A stretch of 21,699 nt of DNA from an uncultured Lachnospiraceae bacterium (GTDB lineage: Bacteria; Bacillota; Clostridia; Lachnospirales; Lachnospiraceae). Of this stretch, positions 1 to 9,600 are shown piece by piece. Under the pieces are notes generated by a model. That model made no database searches. It was not told the origin of the DNA and saw only the letters and a list, made by a program, of their open reading frames with translations. Location: contig CAPOUS010000038.1 of the NCBI GenBank assembly GCA_948675525.1, forward strand, positions 1-21,699, written 5' to 3'. Numbering within the stretch: position 1 is the stretch's first letter; every line of letters begins with the position of its first letter. The position numbers and the translations under genes are program-made.

Positions 1-2
1 GA

Positions 3-19
3 GGGCACTGAAAAAGTCC
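3..19. repeat. IS left terminal inverted repeat (IRL); also the 5' arm of a subterminal hairpin (CACTGAAAAA 6-15 pairs with TTTTTCAGTG 43-52)
   Basis: Direct comparison with the reverse complement of 1654-1670. A perfect 10-bp inverted repeat lies inside the left end. Confidence 0.6.
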
Positions 20-91
20 GATTCTAAAAAAGAATTGGGCTTTTTTCAGTGTTAGTATTATAATATAAGTACAGGGAAGGAGGCTTCCGAA

Positions 92-1564
92 ATGCTGAAA
101 GATAACTCACAGTTGAAACTGTCCTTATCACCTTATCAGGGGATTTATGATGCGATCATACCCGCCAACCATCTTCTGCGCAGAATCAGGGAGAACATAG
201 ATTTCAGCTTTGTAAACCCAATGCTGCGTAAACAGTATTGTGAAAATTTCGGACGCCCGGCAAAAGAACCGGAGATGATGTTCAAACTGCTGTTCTTGAA
301 AAAACTGTACGACCTGTCCGACGAAACCCTGATCAGCAGTGCCCAGACAGATATGGCATATAAATTTTTTCTGGATCTGGAACCGGAAGCGAAAATGATT
401 GATCCCAGTCTTCTCACAAAATTCAGAAAAACCCGTATTACAGAAGATATCCTGGAAGAGATGTTAAGAGAAACAATCCAGCAGGCTTTGGATAAAGGCC
501 TGATAAAATCAGGAACCATTATCGTGGATTCCACCCATACAAACGCATCTGTCCGTGCGAAATCCCCTACACAAATTTTGCGAGACATGAGTAAACAGCT
601 CCGAAAGGAAATTTATAAAAATGTCTTTGGATTATCGGAAAAATTTCCCGAAAAGCCATCCCTGGAAGCCGGACTGGAGGAAGAGATTGCATATACGAAA
701 GAACTGCTAAAGGCTCTGGAGGAAGATGTTGCGACCTGTGGCAATCGGAAGATACAGGAGCTTTTCAGGGAAATGAAAGAGCTACTTGAGGATGAAAAGA
801 TCAGGGATATACGTTCAAAGGATGACAAAGATGCACGGTTTGGACACAAAACTCCAACAAGCACATTTTACGGATATAAAAACCACCTGGCAATGACAGA
901 GGACCGTCTGATCGCAGGGATAAGCGTAACCCATGGAGGGGCGCCGGATGGGCAGGAACTGCCGGGACTGATAGAAAAAGCGCAGAAAAATGGAATCAGG
1001 GTAACGGAAGTTATAGGGGATATGGCCTATGTCAGCGATGATAATCTGGAGGCCTGCGGCGAAGGGATTTCATTGATAGCGCGCACCAATACGGCTGTAG
1101 CAGCGGCTGCGAACGGGAAGCTGGACGAAGGATTCTGTTATAATAAGGATGCCGGGATGCTGCAATGCCCTGCCGGAGAGCTTGCGATGCGTGTAGAAAA
1201 GAGAGCCGCCCAAAACGGAAATACATATTTGAGGTATATATTTAGCAAGGTCAAATGCCGAAAATGTCCGTTAAGAGAAAGCTGTCGTGTAGGGAAAGGG
1301 AAAGCAAAGGAACGGAGTTACAGCATTACCCAGGCAAGCGAAAAGAACCTGGAACGGCTTAAATTTGAGGAAAGTGAATTTTTCAGGGAACGGATGAAGA
1401 TCCGGCATCGGATTGAAGAAAAGAATGGGGAATTAAAAGAGGCCCACGGATTGCGCAGAGCGGATTCGAGAGGGTTGTTTGGTATGGAATTGCAAATGTA
1501 TTTTACAGCGTTTGTGGCCAATAGCAAGAGGATCATGAGACTGACTGAGCTGGCTACGCAATAA
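92..1564 (+). CDS. DDE transposase, IS1182/IS5-like (490 aa), apparently intact
   Basis: Full-length ORF. The N-terminal region (LKLSL..YDAIIPANHLLRRI..FVNPMLRK..GRPA..MFKLLFLKKLYDLSDE) is typical of IS5/IS1182 transposase N-domains. The C-terminus has a Cys-rich stretch (CPAGE..CRKCPLRESC) and an HGLRRA..RGL tail typical of IS1182-family transposases. RBS GGAAGGAGG lies 7 nt upstream of the ATG. A candidate promoter is -10 TATAAT at 59-64 with TTGGGC at 35-40. Confidence 0.9.
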   Translation: MLKDNSQLKLSLSPYQGIYDAIIPANHLLRRIRENIDFSFVNPMLRKQYCENFGRPAKEPEMMFKLLFLKKLYDLSDETLISSAQTDMAYKFFLDLEPEAKMIDPSLLTKFRKTRITEDILEEMLRETIQQALDKGLIKSGTIIVDSTHTNASVRAKSPTQILRDMSKQLRKEIYKNVFGLSEKFPEKPSLEAGLEEEIAYTKELLKALEEDVATCGNRKIQELFREMKELLEDEKIRDIRSKDDKDARFGHKTPTSTFYGYKNHLAMTEDRLIAGISVTHGGAPDGQELPGLIEKAQKNGIRVTEVIGDMAYVSDDNLEACGEGISLIARTNTAVAAAANGKLDEGFCYNKDAGMLQCPAGELAMRVEKRAAQNGNTYLRYIFSKVKCRKCPLRESCRVGKGKAKERSYSITQASEKNLERLKFEESEFFRERMKIRHRIEEKNGELKEAHGLRRADSRGLFGMELQMYFTAFVANSKRIMRLTELATQ

Positions 1565-1653
1565 AGTGGTATTCTCTTTGCATGCTATAGGGTAAATTTG
1601 TGTGTAGATGCTGTTTTTATAATAGAAGAAAAAAAACTCCCGCTAAAAAAGTA

Positions 1654-1670
1654 GGAGTTTTTCAGTGTCC
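1654..1670. repeat. IS right terminal inverted repeat (IRR); its inner 9 nt GGAGTTTTT pair with AAAAACTCC at 1632-1640
   Basis: The sequence is the inverted complement of IRL. The same TTTTTCAGTG motif occurs at 43-52 and at 1658-1667. Confidence 0.6.
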
Positions 1671-1737
1671 TTGAAAATATATTATTTTCAAGGGTTTTTT
1701 GCCTTTCTTATTCTAATTTGCAGTATTTGCAGTAAAA

Positions 1738-1779
1738 GCTAGGACTATGCCAAAAGCCAAACCATCAGTCCGTCCTAGC
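1738..1779 (-). terminator. Probable intrinsic terminator of htrA; the hairpin encloses the stop codon and is followed by U4 on the minus-strand RNA
   Basis: GCTAGGAC (1738-1745) and GTCCTAGC (1772-1779) form a perfect 8-bp stem. An inner GGACT/AGTCC extension is possible. The minus-strand RNA continues UUUUACUGC. Confidence 0.45.
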
Positions 1780-2967
1780 CGTTAATGAAACGGAAACCTC
1801 CTTTTCCAAATACCCGCCGTTGTCCGCTACCTGAACTGTAACCATTACCGCATCTCCAACCTGATAATCCCTGAGCGCCTCTTTTAAATCGTCCATGGAC
1901 ACGATTTCCTTATCTCCCACTTTCGTAATAATATTGCCCTCGATTATGCCGGCTGCCTCGGCTCCGCCGCCTTCAATCACCTGCGCAACATAAACGCCAC
2001 GCGGCATCTGGTACTGGCTGGAAACTTCTTCCGTTACCTCTTTTCCATAAATGCCAAGATATGGGCTGCCTGTCGTCGTCACTTTCCCGTTTGCAACCAA
2101 ATCTTCCAAAATCGGGCCTGCCGTCGCGATTGGAATCGCAAAGCCCATACCCTCTACCTTCGTATCTGAATATTTTGAAGAATTAATCCCGATTACCTCG
2201 CCTTTTGTATTAATCAGCGCTCCGCCGCTGTTGCCCGGATTAATTGCCGCATCCGTCTGAATCAGACGGCTCATTACGGTCTCTCCGGTAGATTCATCCT
2301 GAAATGTCACCTCACGCCCTAATGCGCTAATCACGCCAGTTGTCACCGACTGACCGTACCCTAACGCGTTACCGATAGCGATCGCGGAATCCCCGACAGA
2401 AATCTTTTCCGAATCGCCCATAACCGCAAGTTGTATTGTTTTCAAAGTTTCCTCTGTCAAATCTGACAGCTTTATCTGGACAACCGCCAAATCATCGGCC
2501 GGATCTGTGCCGCGCACCGTTGCGGGAGCCGTCGTCTCATCGGAAAACTGCACCGTCAAAGCATTCGCGCCTTCTACCACATGATTATTCGTCGCAACAT
2601 ACAAATACTCGTCATCTTTATCAATCAAAATTCCGGAACCGCTGCTCTCACTTTCAAACATTCTGTTCTGTCCAAAAAAGCTTAAAATTTCCTGCTGCGT
2701 CATGCTCGTAATAGATACAATCGATGGCATAACGTCTTTTACCACGCCTGAAATATCTGTGGAAGCGGAAGTCGCCCCTGTGCTCACCGGCTGAATCTTG
2801 TCGGAATCAATCGTCTTTCCCTCCTCAGTCACTTCTTTTCCATCTGCAAAGAGATTACTTTCCATAAAATAATTCGCTCCGGAAAACGCTGTTCCTCCAA
2901 CCACTCCAAACACCAGAGCCAGAGCCGCGCATTTCGTTACCTTACCCATAAATTTTGAACTTCCCAT
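1765..2967 (-). CDS. htrA: HtrA/DegP-family trypsin-like serine protease with N-terminal membrane anchor and one C-terminal PDZ domain
   Basis: 400-aa ORF. Hydrophobic N-terminus (AALALVFGVVGG). Catalytic-serine motif GNSGGALIN, with the His region (TNNHVV) and Asp region (DLAVV) upstream. PDZ-like C-terminus (GVYVAQVIEGGGAEAAGIIEGNIITKVGDKEI). RBS AAGGAG precedes the ATG. Confidence 0.9.
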   Translation of the reverse strand: MGSSKFMGKVTKCAALALVFGVVGGTAFSGANYFMESNLFADGKEVTEEGKTIDSDKIQPVSTGATSASTDISGVVKDVMPSIVSITSMTQQEILSFFGQNRMFESESSGSGILIDKDDEYLYVATNNHVVEGANALTVQFSDETTAPATVRGTDPADDLAVVQIKLSDLTEETLKTIQLAVMGDSEKISVGDSAIAIGNALGYGQSVTTGVISALGREVTFQDESTGETVMSRLIQTDAAINPGNSGGALINTKGEVIGINSSKYSDTKVEGMGFAIPIATAGPILEDLVANGKVTTTGSPYLGIYGKEVTEEVSSQYQMPRGVYVAQVIEGGGAEAAGIIEGNIITKVGDKEIVSMDDLKEALRDYQVGDAVMVTVQVADNGGYLEKEVSVSLTARTD

Positions 2968-3093
2968 ATAAAAAACGCTCCTTTCTTAAAACCCTTTATC
3001 CTGCTTTCTTCTGTTTTCGTTTACAAAAGTAAGTATATGGCGAATTTATGTTAAGATTTTGATGAAAATATGAAAAAAGTATGTTTTCATCAG

Positions 3094-6000
3094 TTAAATC
3101 ACAACTTCCCCGCCAAGCGCAAACGAGTAAATAATTTTTTCTTTGACTTTTTTGCCCAGATTTTGTTCCAAAGCTTCCTGATAAAGTTCAAGCTGCTTTC
3201 GATACCGCCGTATCAATTCTTCTTTCGTTTTCACTCTGTCCGTTTTATAATCAATTAAAACAATGCCGTCTTTCTCGATAAAGAAAGCGTCAATAATTCC
3301 CTGAATTAACACCATGGTATTGCTTCCGTCATGCTCAATTTCATCTGCGGGCCGTCCCATAACAAAAGGCTGTTCCGTATAAAGCTCCTTTTCTTTTGCC
3401 GCTTGTTTCATACGGAAAGCCAGAGGGGACTTATAAAAACAGACTAATTTTGGCATCTGTATGTAAGACCGCGCTTCTTCATTGATTTTTCCGGATTCCG
3501 TCAGCCTGTTTAACCATTGTTCCAAGAGTTCTTCCAGATCCGGCTTTCCGGCAATCTGTTCAATTGGAAGGCATTCCACCGCGCGATGCATCGCGTTTCC
3601 ATATAGCGTCCCAAAACTTCGTTCCGTTTCCCCTCCGGCAAAACGTGGGATATAAGGCGCGTATTCCTCCATTTTCTCTTGCCCTACAGGCAATTCCTCC
3701 GGTTCATACACCGCCAGAGCCGATCTGTGCTTTAATTCGGATACGGAATATTTTGTTTTACGCGTCGTTTCCACTATATCTGGATAGTTATAAGACAACT
3801 TCCGATCAACATATGCATCAAACTTTTCGTTTGGCTTGGAAAAGTCTGACAAAAGCGCGCTTATGCCTTCAGCCTCGTCCAATTTGTCTTCCGCTTCTTC
3901 TTCCACCAAATCAGTCACGTTCCATACTTGAAGGAGATCCGTAAAACCTGCCGCCGCCACAGCCGGCAAAAGCCAGTCCAAATAAGAATTTGCGCCCGCC
4001 CGCTGAAAAAAGGATAACGGCTGCCTTTCCTGCCGTTTCATTTTTTCCAGCCGTTTCTTCATATCTTTCGATACGCCTGTTACCACCAGTTTTTCTTTGG
4101 CGCGGGTAAGCGCGACGTAAAGCGCGCGGAGCTCCTCACCAGAATTTTCCAGCTCTAACTGCTTTGCCGCCGCTTTTTTATAAAGAGTTGCGCCGCGGAT
4201 GCGAAGCTCTGGATCAATATATTCTAACGCCGCCCCTAAATCCGGATGGATAATCAAACTGCTTCTGGCATCCATACGGTTAAACATTTTTGCTGCGCCG
4301 CACAAAAAAACGACGGGAAATTCCAAACCCTTGCTTTTATGAATCGTCATAATCCTGACTGCATTGGCATTTTCAGCCACTACGTCCGCTTCCCCGTAAT
4401 CCACCTGATATTTCTGTAATCTGTCAATGTAACGGATAAAATGGAACAAACCACGGTAACTTGTTTTCTCATATGCGGCGGCTTTCTCTAACAACATTTC
4501 AATATTTGCCTTTTTTTTCGTCCCATTTGGCATAGCCGCCGCATAACGGGCGTATCCGGTTTCCTCTAAAATCCGGTACAGCAGTTCATGAATTGGAAGC
4601 GCAGGCACAAGGGCGCGGAATTTGGACAGTTCCTCTAAAAAACAGTTTAACTTGCCATATAAGCCCTCCGAAAGACTGGATGCATCGGATTCCAATACAC
4701 AGCAATGAAATGCTTTTTTCATTCCGGCTGTTTTTAAAATGGCTAGTTCTTCATCGGTAAATCCTCCAATGGGCGAACGCATCACCGCCGCAAGCGGAAT
4801 ATCCTGCCTTGGATTATCCAGTATCCGAAGCAGACTTAAAATTGTCTGAATCTCCGGCGCCTGAAAATATCCGGTCTTTGACGTTGCATGGGCAGGGATT
4901 TTCTTTTGCCCAAACACTTCTAAAAATGTGTCGGCATAATTCCCAAAACTGCGAAGCAAAATAACAATGTCGGAATAGCGGATCGGGCGGAGCTTTCCTG
5001 TCTTCTTGTCTGTTACCTGCTGCTCTTTCATCATTCTCCGGATTCTCGAAGAAACAATTTCCGCTTCAAGACGGATCGGATCAGAAAGTCCCGCTTCTGC
5101 GGCAAATTCGTCCTGACTGTCAGAAACGATAAGTTCCGCCTGCATGGAGCCGCTTTCGGGATAGACGGCTCCGCAATAGAGGGCGGCGGCATCGTTGTAT
5201 TCAATATTCCCCAGATCTTTTTTCATAATCTGATAAAAGATCCCATTCGCAAAATCAAGCGTCTCTACACGGCTCCTAAAGTTTTTATGCAATTCTATTT
5301 TCTGGCAGGAAGAAGCTTCCTCTGTGTAAGTTTCATATTTTTCCATAAACAGCTCTGGTCTTGCCAGACGGAAGCGGTAAATGCTCTGTTTCACGTCCCC
5401 GACCATAAAGCGGTTAAATTCTCCCGTCTCCTCTCTCGAAACAGCCCGCATCAGACATTCTTGGACAAGATTGCTGTCCTGATACTCATCAATCATCACT
5501 TCTTCAAATAGTTTCCTGCATTGGATCGCGGCTTCTGTCGGCTCTTTTGTCTCCTCATCAAGCAGGATTTTTAATGCAAAATGCTCTAAATCATCAAAAT
5601 CCAAAATATTTTTTTCACGTTTCTTTTTCTCAAACGCATCGATAAATTCCGCTGTCAGACGCGTCAGTTCTCCGGCAACTGGAGCCATCTGCCACATACG
5701 TTCCATCAATGCGTCTTCGTCTGCAAAAAAGAACTCCGTTTTCATTTTTTTCATGGCGGACTTAATCGTATCCCGCTGTTCCTTCAACAATTCTAATTTT
5801 TCAATGCTTCCTTCATACCCCCGTTTTGACGGCAGCCTGTCCAAAGAAAAGCCTGCCGCCAGCGCAGATATGCTCCGGTAATCTGAAGCGTTTGCCAAAT
5901 GCCGGATACGCAAAGCGTCCCGCTCTGCCGTCTCTTTCAAATAATCCGGCCCGTCGGGCTCGCTTGCCAGCCTGATATTGCTCTGCGCGATAGCGCTTAT

Positions 6001-6672
6001 GCTTTCTAACATTTTTTGTAAATAATCCATCAGAGCCTTCATAAATGGCTTTTGCTCCAGTTCCTCAAATGTCTGAAACTGATAGTCCGCCGATGCTTTA
6101 TCAAGCCATTCTTTTGGCCATGGGTTGCTCATGGCAAACTGATACATTTTTAACGTCATATCTTTTAATTTTTCATCTGTTTTCCCAACTGCAAAACATT
6201 CCACAAAACGCAGAAAGGATTCGCCTGCTTCCTCATAATTTTTATTTAAAACCTCTGCCATGACGTCTTCCCGAAGCAGATTCAGCTCTCCTTCTTCCGC
6301 AATCCGAAAATTCGGCTCTAAATCAACGCGGTGGAAATAACTGCGGATTAAATACAGGCAAAAACTATGGATTGTCGTAATCTGCGCGTGATGCACAAGA
6401 GCCGCCTGCTTTTGCAGATGGCTGTCGTAAGGATTTTCCTCCAATGCAGTTTCTATCGCCGCTCCGATACGCTCCCGCATTTCCGCGGCGGCGGCGGAAG
6501 TAAATGTCACAACCAGCATACGGTCAATATCCATTGGATGCGTTTGATCTAAAATCCTGCCAATGATCCGCTCAACCAAAACGGCTGTTTTGCCGCTTCC
6601 CGCCGCGGCGGAAACCAAGATATTCCTGTCCCTTAAGGTAATTACCTGCTTTTGTTCGGTTGTCCAGTCCAT
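3094..6672 (-). CDS. addA: ATP-dependent helicase/nuclease subunit A (AddA; UvrD-like helicase plus C-terminal RecB-type nuclease)
   Basis: 1192 aa. N-terminal Walker A AAAGSGKT within a UvrD/PcrA-like helicase core. Length and position immediately after addB (TGA-C-ATG junction at 6672-6676) match the Firmicutes addB-addA operon. Confidence 0.95.
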   Translation of the reverse strand: MDWTTEQKQVITLRDRNILVSAAAGSGKTAVLVERIIGRILDQTHPMDIDRMLVVTFTSAAAAEMRERIGAAIETALEENPYDSHLQKQAALVHHAQITTIHSFCLYLIRSYFHRVDLEPNFRIAEEGELNLLREDVMAEVLNKNYEEAGESFLRFVECFAVGKTDEKLKDMTLKMYQFAMSNPWPKEWLDKASADYQFQTFEELEQKPFMKALMDYLQKMLESISAIAQSNIRLASEPDGPDYLKETAERDALRIRHLANASDYRSISALAAGFSLDRLPSKRGYEGSIEKLELLKEQRDTIKSAMKKMKTEFFFADEDALMERMWQMAPVAGELTRLTAEFIDAFEKKKREKNILDFDDLEHFALKILLDEETKEPTEAAIQCRKLFEEVMIDEYQDSNLVQECLMRAVSREETGEFNRFMVGDVKQSIYRFRLARPELFMEKYETYTEEASSCQKIELHKNFRSRVETLDFANGIFYQIMKKDLGNIEYNDAAALYCGAVYPESGSMQAELIVSDSQDEFAAEAGLSDPIRLEAEIVSSRIRRMMKEQQVTDKKTGKLRPIRYSDIVILLRSFGNYADTFLEVFGQKKIPAHATSKTGYFQAPEIQTILSLLRILDNPRQDIPLAAVMRSPIGGFTDEELAILKTAGMKKAFHCCVLESDASSLSEGLYGKLNCFLEELSKFRALVPALPIHELLYRILEETGYARYAAAMPNGTKKKANIEMLLEKAAAYEKTSYRGLFHFIRYIDRLQKYQVDYGEADVVAENANAVRIMTIHKSKGLEFPVVFLCGAAKMFNRMDARSSLIIHPDLGAALEYIDPELRIRGATLYKKAAAKQLELENSGEELRALYVALTRAKEKLVVTGVSKDMKKRLEKMKRQERQPLSFFQRAGANSYLDWLLPAVAAAGFTDLLQVWNVTDLVEEEAEDKLDEAEGISALLSDFSKPNEKFDAYVDRKLSYNYPDIVETTRKTKYSVSELKHRSALAVYEPEELPVGQEKMEEYAPYIPRFAGGETERSFGTLYGNAMHRAVECLPIEQIAGKPDLEELLEQWLNRLTESGKINEEARSYIQMPKLVCFYKSPLAFRMKQAAKEKELYTEQPFVMGRPADEIEHDGSNTMVLIQGIIDAFFIEKDGIVLIDYKTDRVKTKEELIRRYRKQLELYQEALEQNLGKKVKEKIIYSFALGGEVVI

Positions 6673-6673
6673 G

Positions 6674-9600
6674 TCACTTCTCCTTTTTCTCTCTAATCCT
6701 GAATAAAAGTTCCTCCTCGGACAGCTCCTCTAATTTCCGGTACGCATATCCCGGCGCCCTTACGTCAAATTGGCAGACGCTTTTGAACTCACAGTAATCA
6801 CAGCCTGTCTTCCCGTCCAGCGAATACGGGTTTGAGCCAATATCCCCCTGAATTATGCGCTGTCCCAAATGCAGTATCGTCTCATTGACATAAGAGGACA
6901 GCGCCCCAAAGTCTTCTGCCGTCAAAGTTTTGGAAGTCTTTTTCAAACTGCCGTCTTTGTTAATTCCAACCGGAATTACGCTGGAATTTTTGCCCTCTCC
7001 TTCTCTAAGAGAAACATCCAAACTTTCGATCACGTCCCTGTCTGCATTGACAACGCCGTTTAGCTTTAACTCACGGAATATTTTTTCATTTAATTCTTCC
7101 TCTACAAGCGTTTCATCTGCTTCAACCATCGGATCATTGACATGGTAATAGAAAATGCCTGCCGGAACGGCAGTAATTTCAGGATAGCGTTTCTCCATCA
7201 GTTCTAATGCGGCGTTCATATAGACAACTAACTGAAGCTGAAGCCCATGGTAGACGTTTAAGAACTGAAAACTGGTATTTCCCGACTTATAATCAATAAT
7301 TTTCACATATAATTTTTCGTTTTCCTTTAATGTGTCTATGCGGTCAATCCGTCCCCGCAGACGCATTCTTTCTTCTTCACTCAGACGGAAATTAACAGCA
7401 TTTAAATCTTCTGTGTACGAAAACGAAACTTCAAACTCATCCGGCGTAAACCTCCCCTGCCGGACCTGATACAAAAGGGCATGGACTGTCCGTTTTAATA
7501 TCCGTCGCATCCGCTCTTTGGCATAGTTGCTCCTCGCATTTTCATACAACGCCAAATTGTGGTTTTTCTCCAACGCCAAAGCCATGGATTCTTCCAGAAG
7601 GCTCTCACTCTCCTCTTTCGTAATGGTATGCCAGCTATAATTGTTCTGACGGATGCCCTCAGCAAACAACTGAAGCGCGTCATGGAAAATATTCCCATAA
7701 TCCACGGCATAAAAACCGCTTTCTATGCGTTCCTTTAAATTTAACCCATAAGTAAGGAAATGGGCAAACGCGCAAGATGCAAAATTCTCCAGACGCGTCA
7801 CGCTGTTTTCCAATTCCACGCCATAGAGGGCTTTCGTCACGGAAGCGGAAATCGGCATATCGGCATAGACATACTTTGCCGCCTCAAACAGACGCTTAGC
7901 TTCCTGCCTCCATTCTTCCTTAGATAAATACCAACGGCAGAGAGCCGACCAACAGCGGATTTCATCTTCCCGCTTTTTCCGTTTCCACTCCGCCGCGGAT
8001 TGCAATCCTTCCACTAAAAGCCCACGGGAGCTTTCCGGCGTGGCAATGCGTTCCAGAAAAGGCTCGTCCTCCACTTCGCAGATGCTTAAATTTTCATATA
8101 GCTTTAAAATCGTATGGATTAAATAGGAACTGCGCATTGCGCTTCCGTCCCCGCTCACCCTTGCATAAGAAAGGTAAAGCTTCTCTGATGGCTTTGTCAA
8201 AGTCAGGTACAAATAAAACTTCTGAATAAACGTCTGTTCCCGCACAGTCGGCGCAAGCTCAAGATTAAAACCCGCCAACTGTTCCCGCTCTGCCGCAGAA
8301 AGGATGCCGTCCGCCCCCTGAGCTTTCGGAATTATGCCATCGTTGACCCCGACGAAAAACAACGCCTTTATATGCTCAAGACGCGTCCGCTCAATGTCCC
8401 CAAAGACAAGGCGGTCATATCCCGGAGGGATAATCCCCACCTTTGCGGCTTCATATCCGGAATCCAAAATACGCGCATATTCTTCCAGCGGAATCGTCTC
8501 GCCGCCTAATAGCTCCGCCATTTTATCAAACAAATCCATGATAATCTGGTAAATCTGGGCATATTCTTTGGCATTCTTTAAATCCCCCGCTTGTTCATAC
8601 GCCAATTCCCTCTGCTTTAGCTGCCTCTCGGCGTCCCTGTCACAGATAAAACGGTAAAATGCTTTTGTCCGCTGCTCCACGGTCAGATTCTTTTCTTTCA
8701 TAATATCATAAAAATCCGCAAACTGGCCTGCTGCTTTTTCACGGATTTCATTCACCGCCATAAGAGATTCCTCGTCGTATCCTTTCGGCAGATAGCAAAA
8801 CGCTTCCTTCCATTTCCGATAACCGCGAATGCCTGCCGCCAGACAATAATTCTCTAATATGTCCACTTCCTTATCCGGAATCTGGGACAAACCGCTTCTT
8901 AAATACCGAAATATGCTCTCCATCGAAAAATCATAAAGGACTGTCTCTAACGCGGCGCGTAAAAATTCCACAAACGGGTGGAACAGCGCCGTCGATTTCT
9001 GATCGAGAAACAATGGTATCCGGTATTTTGCAAACACTTCCTTCGCATAATTGGCATACCCCGCCAAATCCCCGCAGACTACGGCTATCTCCCGATAATG
9101 GAAGCCTTCCTGTGTCAGGCGGTTTATTTCCCTTGCCACAAAGTGAAGCTCCGCTCTTGGATTTTTAAAACTGTATAGTTTCAGATCCGGCTCGTCTGAA
9201 AGCGTAAACCGCGTTCCCTTTTGCCGGAACAAGTTCTGTTCCAAAAAAAGGAGCTCTTTGGAATGCCCAAAACGGCTCTCTTTGGAATGTGGCAGTACAA
9301 TGGGCTCTCTGACCGGAATATGTATCCTATCCGCCATTTCCCGCAATGATTTTATCATTTTCTTGCTCATTGCAAACAGTTCATGGCTGCCTGCGCACTG
9401 ATAGAAACTCTCCCTAACGTCAATCGTCACTGTAACATAAACTTCCTCGGCAATGGCAAACAAACGGTTCAGCAGCAAATTTTGAATCGGCGTAAATCCG
9501 GTAAACCCGTCAAAAAAGATTACGCTTCCTTTTAAGATTTCCGACTGCCCTGCCACATCGGTTAAAAGTTCCAAAATTTCTTCCGCCGTGACAAACCGCC

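Larger units (their letters stand above)
3..1670 (+). mobile_element. IS1182-family (IS5/IS4 superfamily) insertion sequence, about 1.67 kb, carrying a single transposase gene
   Basis: One long transposase ORF is bounded by imperfect 17-bp terminal inverted repeats. IRL is 3-19 GGGCACTGAAAAAGTCC. IRR is 1654-1670 GGAGTTTTTCAGTGTCC, whose reverse complement GGACACTGAAAAACTCC matches IRL at 14 of 17 positions. Length is within the IS1182-family range. The left flank is cut by the window edge, so target-site duplication cannot be assessed. Confidence 0.7.

Noticed and set aside
2051-2711. Two plus-strand ORFs (69 and 91 aa) inside htrA
   Set aside because: They are antisense to a conserved protease domain, are Pro/Ser/His-rich, and have no translation signals.
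3070-3258. 62-aa ORF overlapping the addA 3' end on the opposite strand
   Set aside because: It is Phe-rich translation of an AT-rich antisense stretch, and it starts inside the addA terminator palindrome. This is typical of spurious ORFs.
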